Part shown: piece by piece, positions 40,482 to 52,680 of the stretch
Numbering within the stretch: position 1 is the first letter of the stretch
Layout of the letters: every line of letters begins with the position of its first letter
Assembly (NCBI GenBank): GCA_051294905.1
Contig: CM119371.1
Coordinates: 10,790,001-10,854,000, forward strand
DNA length: 64,000 nt
DNA from: Botryllus schlosseri
Taxonomy: Eukaryota
Direction of reading: 5' to 3'
Notes under the pieces: model-generated
Told to the model about the DNA's origin: nothing
Database searches by the model: none
Seen by the model: only the letters and a program-made list of their open reading frames with translations
Position numbers and translations under genes: made by a program

Positions 40482-41715
40482 CAGGGGTTCTCAGCCCTTT
40501 CTTGGCCGTGGCCCATTTTCCTGTTTGAAAATGTGCTGTGGCCCACCTGATATCTTAGAGTCATAATCTTGTTTAATGCTTGGTCACGGACAGCGCCGAT
40601 ATGCCTATTTCTCTAAAATATGCGCGTTTTTCTCTAATGGATGATATTTAAATCTCGATCTCCCGGGATAAGAAATCGCGCCAGGCGCGAAAATTTTTTC
40701 ACATTGAATAAATATCCTCCAATAAACGACCAACGACATAATCTTGGGCCCCTTCGAGTTCCCCAATTGGGGGTGTGGGTGCGGTAGTTACGGCCCTGGT
40801 AGATCATAAGCTAAAACTCATAAGTAGACTATTTTCGTCCGCTGCTCCATTCGCGTAGCGAAACACAATGCTCAGATTCCCGCACTGTGTGATTGGGACT
40901 TTAGTGATACTATTGAAGGAATATTACAATCATTCTGTGCCGGCATCGAACAATTCATTGGTGGATGGGGTACTACAGAGAAGTGAAGAAATATTTTTCA
41001 ATATGCATGATGTACTTTGTATGTCTTGTACCAAAACAACTGAAGTTGCGATGTCAGAATATTCAATCCAATGATACAATCCATTCCTGTGACTCTTTCA
41101 TTATGTACAATGATTTCCAGGCCGGACATTTTAAACAGACTTCAACGATTATTGCGCTCCTATAAATCCTCAATCCATTAAGATTCGTTGAGGTGGTGCA
41201 GTATACCTCCGCCAGAAGTTGCTAATAATTTGCAATTATGGCTATTTTAGCTTAAAATAATACGGCCTGCCGAAGTACAGTAAATCTGTTCATCAATTTC
41301 ACTTCATTGCGAGTTCATTGCATACCCCTATCAACGGCATACGTCATATGACGCTGCCGGAATACTTGGTTACTTCAGCATTATCTTCCAGTTATTATAC
41401 GCTTGAAATTATATTAGTTGCTGTTAGCCATAGGTTGTCATAGCCAGTAGAAAAAGCAACCGTTTCTCCCTAACGTTTTCGATATGTACACGCTGACTTC
41501 ATACGTGCCACTACGTCTAATCAGGGTCGGATAAAAAGCTTTGTAGCTATGTGCCCTACGTATAATTAGATAATACGAATATATTTTTAGCGAATAACAT
41601 ATGAAATATAACTAAACCTACATTAATTCTGAAATTTTCTAAATAGCTCTGTGGTCCACCTCAAAATGTTATGTGGCCAACCAGTGGGCCATGACCCACC
41701 ATTTGAGAACGCCTG
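40482..41715. mobile_element. hAT MITE inserted in the LINE
   Basis: CAGGGGTTCTCA / TGAGAACGCCTG ends; flanks ttctattt / tcctattc. Confidence 0.7.
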
Positions 41716-41806
41716 TCCTATTCCTTTGTCCCAAGTCAAATTTATGTAGTTTTTTCCGAAGTGTTGGCCTAATGTTTTGGTTGTTGGTGTAATATTTCCT
41801 CTATAT

Positions 41807-42597
41807 CAGTGGTTCCCAACCTTTTTCGACTCATCGCCCCCTTTTCAAGCTTCACACCAATCATCGCCCCCCAAATATTGGGAACCGAAAAATAGGCATA
41901 CAAACTGTAATCACCGGCGAGTTGACTAAAGAAGGTCAACTTTTCGACCTCGAAATGTACTTTTACAGCTAAATTTTCGCGAGTTGACTAAAACAAAACT
42001 GTCATTTTTCTGGTTAGACTCCAATATAGCCGTTTTAACGCGCCATCGCCCCCTATTAGTGCGGAGCATGGACCGGAGCTGGATTTGATATCCGGCCGGA
42101 TTTTTTCAATTCTGGCCGGACCGGATTGGAGCCGGATCCGTACTTTTTCTGATACGGCCGGAGCTGGATCGTAGCCGGATCAATACTTTTTTAATAAGGC
42201 CAGAATCTTTATGGATAAGCATGACGTTTGTAACTAAATAACTACCAACGAACAACACGCCAAGTCAGTGCAAAAAGAAACGAGCCATAGTTTTGAATTC
42301 ACGGAACCACCGTACCGTGTTGGGTCGGATTTCCGGCAGGATATTTTCAGTTTTGGCCGGATCGGAGCCGGTTCAGTACTTTTTCCTGATATGGCCGGAG
42401 CCTGACCAGAGAATTGGCAAACCGGATCGTAGCCGGACCAGAGAATTTGTCGATCCGCTCCGCACTACCCCCTATAGCCACCTTCGTCCGTTTTCGCCCC
42501 CCCCCCATATCGCCCCTTCGTTATCTTTTCCCCCCTAGACTGCCAAATCGCCCCCTGGGTGGGGGTGGGGCGATATCGCCCACGTTGGGAACCACTG
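41807..42597. mobile_element. hAT MITE (CAGTGGTTCCCAAC family, reverse orientation) inserted in the LINE
   Basis: Perfect TIR CAGTGGTTCCCAAC; perfect TSD ctctatat. Confidence 0.92.
42057..42467. mobile_element. hAT-like MITE with CCGGA repeats, nested in 41807-42597
   Basis: TIRs TAGTGCGGAGC / GCTCCGCACTA; perfect TSD ccccctat. Confidence 0.9.
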
Positions 42598-44653
42598 CTC
42601 TATATTCTTCTTCATGGATTATGCCTGGTTTAGTTATGAGAATTTCTGTTTTGATTTATTTAGAATTTGTCCTGTAGCTCCGCGGAAGCAATCTAATTCT
42701 TCGAAGACTATTTGTAGTGATTTCTCGTCTTTTACTACCGCAGTAAGGTCGTCTGCATACTGCCGTAGTCTTAATTCATTTTCCCCTTTTTTAATCCATT
42801 TATATTATTATTTTTCATTATCTTTCTCGCTAAAGGGCCTGTCGTCATTGCGTACAGACACATACTAAGGGGACATCCTTGTCGGAGCCCCTGGTTATCT
42901 GTATGTTCGTAGTTAAGGTACCATTTATCTGGACCGGATGTAAGAATTTCCTTACAGATTTTCTACTAATCTTCTTATGGCCACTGGTATGCCGTAGGAT
43001 TCTAAAATTTTGGAGAGATAGCCGTGATGTACCCTATCGAAAGCCTTATCTTTATCAAATGATACTACTATTACGTCCGTTTTCCTGTAGTAGTTTAATA
43101 TCAGTTATTATGTATTCTGAGCTGTACGATGAATTACGCTATCACAGGATAAGTAGTTGTCTATGAGTTTTGACAGAGAAAATATGGCGCCAACGACGAA
43201 TTCCATGTAGTGGGTTCGATTTAGTACTGGCATGACGCCATGAATTTTCAATTGTGAGGTGCAATGGATTTACATTAATGGTTGTTTGGGAGTTAAAATG
43301 GAAAATGTAGGGCCAACATGGCTATTCAGACGATAAAGGTTCCCGACCACTGGCCTATTTTAATGTACGTGATACCTAGAGACGACTCGGGACACATACC
43401 TCCACAATGCTGAAGTACATATTGACGTTTTAAACGTCGCCAAATGCATCAACTGGGGCAATCAAATGATATATTGTTGTCCCATAAAATCAATATATTC
43501 CGTCGCTTTGCCAACCATTTCGACGAGGGCTTGCAAGGGAATATAAGCTTACGCCTTCACGGTATGGGCGAGATCGGACAATATATTCGGCGTCTGAGTA
43601 TTGCTACGTTGATATTGAGCAGAGTGTAAGACGGGTTTCTATACTTGCTACCGATATTACCCCAATAACAAGTTATACAGCCGTAACCAACACCCCAGTC
43701 GCACGTAATTGGTTTTTATGATATAATAAACATATGAAGTCAAGATTGTCCCTGTACGCCTGCTAGATTTTTTACATCAGACAACTACATCAATTTCATC
43801 GATTGGTTGAATAAGCATTATTCGCTGACTACATGTAGTGTATTTAGCTCTTGATGTTGTGTGATTGCGTGTCAAGCTCACGGCAGAGAGTCACTAAATA
43901 GTGAATATACACAAATGGAAAGCTGGATATTTCGAGCAAACTTTTGTAACAAAGCAAATAAAATATTTGAGATTGTCAAGGTGCATGCTCGTTTGGTGTT
44001 GCTTTTTCATGCGGCCAGCGGCATGCATAGAGTGGCCCGCAGTTGGAATGCAAGAAATTTCATACAAAGATGCTATAATGAAGTGAAATTGTAATATATG
44101 AAAAAGTTTCACAGTGCGGAACCTACCAAGGTTCGTTTGTGAACGTGAACCTCGAAATTTCCGAGGTTCACACACAGAACGCGAACGTGAACCTCACGCT
44201 CACACCATCCCTAGTGATAAGTTTCAACAGTCTGATGAAGCTTGATTTAGGCTGCAGAAAGAATATCGTAAGATATGAGTGTTGGTGGATATGATTTGCT
44301 CTACAGAGGGTGTTCAAGTTAAATCCGTAGAGTTCGCAATATGACAAAATTTGAAGTACAAACAATTCGGTACGAATACGAATAAGGCAAATTTATCCAA
44401 TGAATCAGCAAGCTTAGTTGCATCGTCAGATAATTATATGTAGGCCTATGCCTTAACGATCTAGACTAGGCCTGAGATCATCAGTCCAAGAACAGGAAAC
44501 GTGTCGAAGCACAAATGGTGTAGTTCGCATTACAAATAGGCTTTTGCAAGGGTCATTAGATAACATTCCAGCGACACACTTACAAGTGAATTCTGATAAG
44601 TAAGCATCTGATAAGTGCCCAGCATAACCCGCTGATTAAGCCGATCCCTAGAG

Positions 44654-46199
44654 CAGTGCTTTTCAACCTGTGTGACGGTTCGCACTTGTGCGAATGAAAA
44701 AAATTTGCAGTGCGAATGACGAAGGTGGCGCGAACAGTGCGTATGAAAATCCGGATCAAGTGCGAATGGAAATCGTGAATAATTGTTAAATTTTCTGACT
44801 TGGAATAATTCAAATAAACCTAATCGGAAATTTAAGGTCAGTTTAACTTTTGCAGTGGCGACGCAATTGTAAAAACTTGTTTACTTACGACGCACCGCTA
44901 TTCGTAGCTCTCACAAGCCGTAGTGAATGACTTCAAATTGATTTTCTGTTTTCTTTCGCTAAACAATCATCATATTTTCGTAATAACTGTTCGATTAGCG
45001 CGAGGCACGAGAATAGTAGTACATACCATCATTACAGACTCACATTTGCAAGTTACTGTAACGCAAATTTTTACCCCTTCGCAGGTAAAATATGGCTTTA
45101 TCGTGAGAATTCTTGATAAGATTTGTCCGACTTGTTTTTCTGGGATGAGTTCATTTCGAGCCAACCCCTTCTGGCTAGGGGCACATGAAGACGTACATTT
45201 TGGCCAACAAACCGCTGACAAAATGTGGTGCCAAAAACATAAGCGGCGACAAAACCTTGGTCTAAAAATGACCGATTCTGGATGGCCAAACTTCTCGATA
45301 TAGATATGCTCCGTTGTCGGCACGGACCATTCCCGTTCTTGCAATCGGAGTAAACAAGTAGTAAAACTGCGACACGCAGAGGAATTTAATTTGCCCTTAT
45401 TTGAAATCACGTGCGTCAGACATGTTTTGTTGAGCTGTGGTGGGTAGAATTGTGGTGTGCGCGTTCTGTATGTCATACATGTTCTCAAAATCGTAGCTTA
45501 CAACTGTAATATTCAAAATGATTTTTTTTTCATGGGTGAGGCTCGGGTCGCTTTACCGTTATTAAACTGTTCTGAGTTCTCAATTTAGATTGAGCTAAAG
45601 AGCAGAACACACAGCATCGTGAGCATATTTGCTCGTCTCATATAATCGCGAGACAGAAGTTAGAGTTCGCTACCATATGATCCGCTACTCCAATGTGCCC
45701 ACTCTCCTTGATCGTTTTTGCACCTTATATTCCAACACATAAGGCAAAAGCCTCAAAACAAACATGTGGTATTTTCACCTTTTCGACAAACTGGAGCCTC
45801 CGCGGGACCTTTGTGTCAGCTCTCAAATACCATTTCCGCCAGCAGGCATTTTTCACTCGCGAAAAATACGCTGTGTGTTGGATAGGAGTACAGAACAGAT
45901 TTTAAGACCTGGCCATCCAAGCACTAGTAGACGTTCTTGTAGTGTACAAAACCCAAAAACTTGTTTGGCCGAGAAGGGTTTTAGTGAAATAATTGAAATC
46001 AAAACGAGCAAAAAAAGTTGCCTTTTTAATGGGACACTTGATAGCTTAAGTTACATAGCAGCTAATTTGTTGCACATCCGAACAAAATGTTGTTAAGTAT
46101 CTTCATCTTTTTGTATAACAATTTTCGATTAGTTTGTGCGAATCAAATTTATTTTACAAATAACGTGCGAATGGAGTTCAAAAAGGTTGAAAAGCACTG
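44654..46199. mobile_element. hAT non-autonomous element with GTGCGAA subterminal repeats
   Basis: TIRs CAGTGCTTTTCAACCT / AGGTTGAAAAGCACTG; perfect TSD ccctagag. Confidence 0.92.
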
Positions 46200-46240
46200 C
46201 CCTAGAGCATTCAAAACGTCACCTATACTACAGCTTCTGC

Positions 46241-46371
46241 CCAATAAGATCACCATCAATAAGATCATCGATAATAATCCATCAATAAGATCCATAAGAT
46301 TCAATAAGACCACCATCAATAATCCATCAATAAGATCCAATAAGACCACCATCAGTAAGATCATAAGATAT
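46241..46371. repeat. Degenerate minisatellite (CCATCAATAAGAT-like units)
   Basis: Repeated aataagatc / ccatcaat units visible directly. Confidence 0.75.
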
Positions 46372-49300
46372 ACTGTCATCGGTAAGCTTTATATTGGTAT
46401 TCGCTAATGATGTATACCTTCTGAAATGGGGAATTCGTCCACCACTTGCATAAGCGCCTTTGCTTTCCCTTGATGAAAACACGGCATGTAGGCTACAGCC
46501 ATTTCCTTCACAATAAATCAGTCATGCTGTAAAAGTTTTTGTGCAGCAGCTGTTGTTTGTTCATCATGTATTTCGTACCTCAACATGTCATGAATTAATC
46601 TTGAATCCTCATCTGCCAACCTACCAATAATGCGCTTTCAGAATCCCAGCCGGTAGCAGACTCCTTGAACACCTAATCAGGAAGCTGCTGGTGTCGTGAT
46701 CATTGAAGCATATACGATTAGCCAATAAAGAGCCGTGGTTATGTGACTACGTAGTCTTATCGTCGTTCTATGATCGGCGGCACGTCCATTCTTGGGCGGC
46801 TACTTTCAAACGCTTTGATTGAAATCTTAACGGTTTCATCTGAGCTTGTTTCAGCCTCATTTTTTTTATATCAATAATCTATAGAATGAGACACGATCAT
46901 GGAGCATGAGAATCTTAATTTTGACAACCCTAATGGACAATTATCATTCGCACTCATTCGGATTTTTCATTCGCACCGTTCGCACCGCGCTTGTCATACG
47001 CACAAGTGCGAACCGTCACACAGGTTTAAAAGCACAGGTATAGGGTATATATTTCTCTATCACAGGCTATTCAACGATATTCATCGCCTCTACTAACGCA
47101 CTGCTCCCGTTTCAAAAAAACTTCGATTACTAAATACTATTTCTTCGACATTGTTTTAGTAACTTGGAGTCCACTTGATAGTTTAAGCTTGATGCGATAC
47201 GTATACGTATGAATTATATGACTCACACCATTTAACGGTGTAATTTTCATTCTTTTTCCCAAGATAATAAAAATCGAATGACAAATATTTCAACACCCAT
47301 TTAATTACACCTTACAGATTCGAACATCACCAGAAAATTCCTGAAACCGCTGATTGAATCATTCTCCGAAATCAAGCAATCGATTTCTGGATGGTATGAA
47401 TATAAAAATCTGCTGAAATTCGGAAAATCATCAATCGCAGATACAAATATGGTGGTCGAAATGACAAATAAGGTAGTAAAAAGTCATTTTAGGTTCCTAC
47501 CGCAATGCGATTATCTGTGATGGTTACCTCGTCAAGACGTGTACGAGATGTTGTATTTCCTCGTTGATTTATTTGGTTTTCAAATCGGGTATTGATGAAT
47601 ATGAGAGATGTCATTTAAAAAGTACGACACCGTAATGCAAAATGATTTCTCAGAGCGTTAAATTAATTGGACGATCCAATAATATTTTCGATAAAAGTGA
47701 GACAATGACTTATCATTGTATTGTATTTAGCATGATATTGTCATCACCATTTCAAACTTCTATTTGATGATTAACTACGTTCGCAATAAGTAACGCGAAT
47801 AACGTGTGAACCGTAATAGCAAAAATGTCCCCCAAAACGGCAATTTGCTGTTCCACCAAACTATTAATGTTATCAGTTCTAATTTGGTGCCATTTTGGGG
47901 AGTTTTCGATCGAAAACATAAATTCAGCAAAATATTGACGCAGAAATCAATATTTTCTTTAGGATGCGCGTGATGCTTAGAAAACGGCTTCGGGCTCCCC
48001 AAAAGACAAAACTTCAAGAGGAGATGGATTTCTAGGAAGTACCGTGTCTATAGTTAACCCCAATATTGATTTGTTAGTTCATGGGTGGCCATCTGGCCAA
48101 TATGCGGCGGTAGGTCCAAAATTATGCGGCCATCGACCAATGTTCTCTGTAAGTTGCGCGCGTGCACAATTGCGCAGTTCTGACACTGTTTATGACAACA
48201 AAAAATCCGAAGTGATGACCTTATTTTAGTCGTTATGCACTGTTGTCCAAGGGACTGCGCAGTGAATTGTTGAGTGCGCGCAGACTCGTGAAAAATAGGT
48301 AGTAAGATCGTCTTCTATAAATACCCTTCATCCGATTTTACTCCACCATGCGAAGCCTTGGAACCCTGATTGGCCATGTCTCAGCATACGAGTCATAGTG
48401 CAAAGCTACGAACGTTGCAGGAAATAACACATTTCCGAAGTCATGATCATCCCACAAGATTGTCAACAAGTGCAATAAAATCGGTATGGTCGAAAAAATG
48501 CCGAAGTATCTCTAATGTGACGGATAACACGCATTATGTTCTGATTGGTGGCATAAAAGGTATATATTTGAACTTTGACAGAGAACATTCTGCTGTTCCG
48601 TCATAATGAGTGATACTGAATGCTCGACTCGTTATTTAAAAGTTCAGCTGGACTCAATTGGTTCGTGGCCGATGAGAGTCGTTCAAATAGTACTATTCAC
48701 TGTTACATAAGGTTACCATATTTTAAGATCCCAAAAGAGAACACTTTTCAAAGATTCTGAAAGCTCTAGTAACAAAAATGAAAACTGGTGATTTCAAAAA
48801 AAAATTCAACCAATAGTACTGTGTTGACTAAAAAATGGCCATCACTTTGACTCGACTCCCATCTTACCCGCTTTTAACGATAAGTATGTGATGTTCACAT
48901 AAAAGGGGTCATATTTCCCAGCTCTACTCCTCCTGGAATACCCCTCGCGCCGTGTTTTTCGTTGATTGTCATGCCAACTCCGGTGTTCGCTACGAGTTGA
49001 GTTTTGAATGGCATTTTATTACTTTTCTTGAGGAAGAGGGCAAATTCTCAGAAAAAATGACATTTATGCGTCCTCCGAGTACACTTTGAATTGATTGAAG
49101 ACAAAAGAGGACAAGTCCTCAAGAGAACGTATGATAGCCCTACAGTTACAGCCGTGAAGACGCGAAAAGTTGTATGTCATCATATGAAAACTGTACTACA
49201 ATTCAACGCAAGTTGGTGGGAATGACATCCCGTGAAGCCATGATCGACCCATACATCACTGTCAGAAAGTGCAAGAAATAGGTATTGTCGAAAAACTACC

Positions 49301-52217
49301 AAATTACCTTCAAAGTGATGAAGAACCGCCGCAAAATGTTGGTTGCAAAATGTTGAAATATTTAAACTTTCAACAAGCACTCTGCATATTATTGTAACGT
49401 CATAATCACTGATACTAGATTACCGGACTTAAAGTGTAATACTTGATTCACTATCGATTCACTGTTTTTGCTCCATCCTTCTTACATAGGATGAGATATA
49501 ATTATTCGATACATTGTGAAATCATGATTCTGCTAATTCAGGAATACAAGTCCAAGTATCTTGATGCAGTATTATATGATTCTGCGTAGAAATAGTATTA
49601 AAACATTCGGACTGGAAACGAACTCAACTTGATGTAGGGAAAGCCTCTGTATGTCGAAGTTTGATAGTATCTTCAAGGGACTATGAATGTGAATATAAGT
49701 CAAAGCATAAATTTGATCATAAACCATGTGAAACTGTGGTGTCGGAGCGATCCGTGTGTACTGCATGATTGCTGAGCTGTCCGCTCACGTTCTTTTTCTG
49801 CTTTTATATGACAGCACTTGCTAAGTATATATTCCCACCACGCAGGTGTATATAAAAGGTGGGAATCCTGGTGGAATTAAGCAGTATGTGCCATATGGAA
49901 TGGAATTCAGGTAAGGAACGGGATTGCTTCGTAGCTTAGATTGTTAAATGTGAAATGATGGGTGTTGTTTGGTCTCTATACAATCCCTAAGTTTTTATCT
50001 AAAGGCATCGTATTTTTTTTATCTGTGCCCAAGGTCGAAAACCATCAACATACAAAGCGCCATTTGAACCTGCTCCCAGTCACATAATACCAATCATCTG
50101 TTCCGTCCCTAAATAAAAATCATTACACCGTTTTAATTGACTCCTAACCAAGTACATAATAATGTAATCTTGGAGTAGAGGAGTGATCCTCAACATGTCG
50201 TAGCGATATATTGCCAGTGAAAACCTTGGAAACTTCAGAAAAATGGCAAAACAACTTTCAAACTTACACGATCACAGTTTATGGAAAATAAATACATGAA
50301 ATATTATTTAGTAAAAATTATCCATGAAATATACATTTATTTTGCCTACGAAGTACCGCAACGGATTCATGAAAGAGTGCATACGGCTCGCGTGTCACGA
50401 AATGCTCACCCCATAACTATGCTCGTGCTTTGCACGTGAATTCATATCCATATATACATATTCTAAACAATTAGAGAATTCTCTCGTCCTAATTCAAACA
50501 ACCAAATTCTTTGGGATATAGCCTACCTCATACCCTATATTGACGATCTCACGGAATTATGATGTGATTAGGCGTTCAAGAGAATTCTCATCATTCGTCT
50601 TCATAATGGAAGTCGGCAGCATCCAAAAGTTACATAGTTTCTCATGATTGAGTTGGTACTATGCGATTGAAATTATTATTATTAAAGATTATGATAGCGA
50701 AGTCCGTACACGTGGTGGATACTGGCCCAAGGTGTCGTGATATTCAGACCATACGCTTCTACTGATAAGTCGCTGTCAGCGACTAAGACCTATATCGTTA
50801 TGCATGATTAATCCGTACTGTTACGTTTATTCTATGTACTGTTTATTTTTCAGAAGTGAAGATTTAGATGAAATTTCTTTTAGCGCTCTGACCACGCCAT
50901 TCACCTTTCTTATGGCTATAAGAAACGACGGGGGAAAATCAAAAATTCACGAGATCGCAGTTAGATTCGCGGATACTCCTTGTATATTTAGAATTATTTC
51001 ATGTTATTATAGGGGATTGGTGGACGCTGTAAGCTGTTGAAAACGACCAGATTCCACAACAATGTGACGAATGGAAACTTCATCATGCAGTATCATGCCA
51101 TCCAGTTCACGCCATTGGGTACAACGCGAAATACCGAATGTCGTATTCACTTTTATATTTCAAGCGACAAGGTAACTCAGATTAATTACAAATGCTGTTA
51201 CAGTAGGCTATAATCATGAGAATGTCAACGACATTTTAATATTTCTCTATATATTCTCCAGGACTGGAGATCAATACCACTATCTCAGTTTATCAAATCC
51301 CAGGATTCTGACTGCTACGCAAGTTATCGTATTGAGGGTCGGCAATCTCGGATTTTGTTTGGTTACACTTTGCTTACTAGGTAGGCTCAAGGTGTTTTTA
51401 CGGTAACAGCAGTAATGCATGAATCGATGAACGTCTATACTAGTTACCAAATGTAACTTCCATGGATGGACAAAAACGAAGCATATCTGATTAGTTACGA
51501 ATAATAAAAATCTTGCTCGAATAGCGATTTCTAACAATGCACTGCGCTCTAAATATGATTAGGTCTCGAATTAAAGATACTATTTGGAAAATTATAATAA
51601 TAGCAGTCATTTTTTCTAGAAAGCCACCGTAGGCCTATTCGAACTTCAGCTGAGAGAAAATGCACTATAGCAGACTATACGTTCTCTGTAGTGTCGAGGT
51701 TACTGGTAATTATCATCGTTATCGACTTCTGGCACGTATTGTATCTCTGTTGCAGTCTCTGGACGTGACCTCCTTCTTATAGTCCCCTTTCACTAGCTAT
51801 AGACTAACTTGGAAATCATATGAGGCGTCACTCACACTATGCCCTCTAAATTACTGCGTCTAAGGACGTTGACAATATTTAAACGCGACCAATTGATTCC
51901 CCTAATTTTGGGTTGGTCGGGCAACAATGACAGATTTTCTCATTTAAATAGAAATGGAGGGCAGGCCTACAATCAATCGGAAATTGATGATATCACCGCA
52001 CAGATACTGCAACGAGTCTCCGTTTTCCTGAATCTTATGGACGGTAAGACTCGGTCAAATATTAGCAGTATGAAGTTCAATGAAAACTGAAAGACGAATG
52101 GCAACGGCTGAATAAAAGCTATATGAGCCTAATATGAAAGCATATGGTTTTATATTGGTCTAAAACAGTTAAGCAGTAACAAGTCGACACCATTAGTGTA
52201 AACAGGTCATAGAGTTA

Positions 52218-52680
52218 AAGGTTGCAATCAAGTGACAAGACTCCGAGTCACAAGTCAATCTCACTTTTATAGTTTTGATACGAGTCAACTCGAGTCATTT
52301 TCAATTCACCGCCCAGTCAAGTCTGAGTCCGAGTCAGTAATCTGAGAGTCGAGTCCGAGTCATGGTATTATGACTCGAGTCCGAGTCCAAGTCATTGTGT
52401 TGATTGCTCAGTTTTCAGTTGAAGTCTAGTTAATCCCGCATTTTATAACTCTGTGTGGTGACATCGAATGGTTCGCATTTAGAATATACTCATTTCCCCA
52501 CCTTTAGCAGTGTCTGGTCGCATTTTCAGCACCAATAGACGACATCTCAATAGTGTGGTTATTTTACTATTCTTTGAAATTGCAATGGAATTTCGGTCTT
52601 TGCCGTCTGAGTCTTGAGTCATAATACTTGGTTCGAGTCATGCGCAATGACTCGAGTCCAAGTCGAGAATCGATTCACAA
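52218..52680. repeat. Decayed GACTCGAGTC-repeat MITE
   Basis: Clusters of gagtcgagtccgagtc; similar array at ~7460-7632 ending TGCAACCCTG. Confidence 0.55.

Larger units (their letters stand above)
38998..43165 (-). mobile_element. 5'-truncated decayed L1/Tx1-clade LINE (ORF2 RT to 3' end)
   Basis: Minus-strand motifs DKAFDRV (~43040), QGCPLS (~42875), QYADDLT (~42750), LTWFGEEILLQSL..FFKFIW (ORF 39835-40452), CKFC..DNLDHIL zinc knuckle (~39700-39740). AATAAA followed by a short A-tract near 39000. Interrupted by two MITEs. Confidence 0.88.
37132..43352. mobile_element. hAT MITE expanded by nested insertions
   Basis: CAGTGGTCGGG / CCCGACCACTG ends; TSD gcctatat / gcctattt. Confidence 0.75.
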
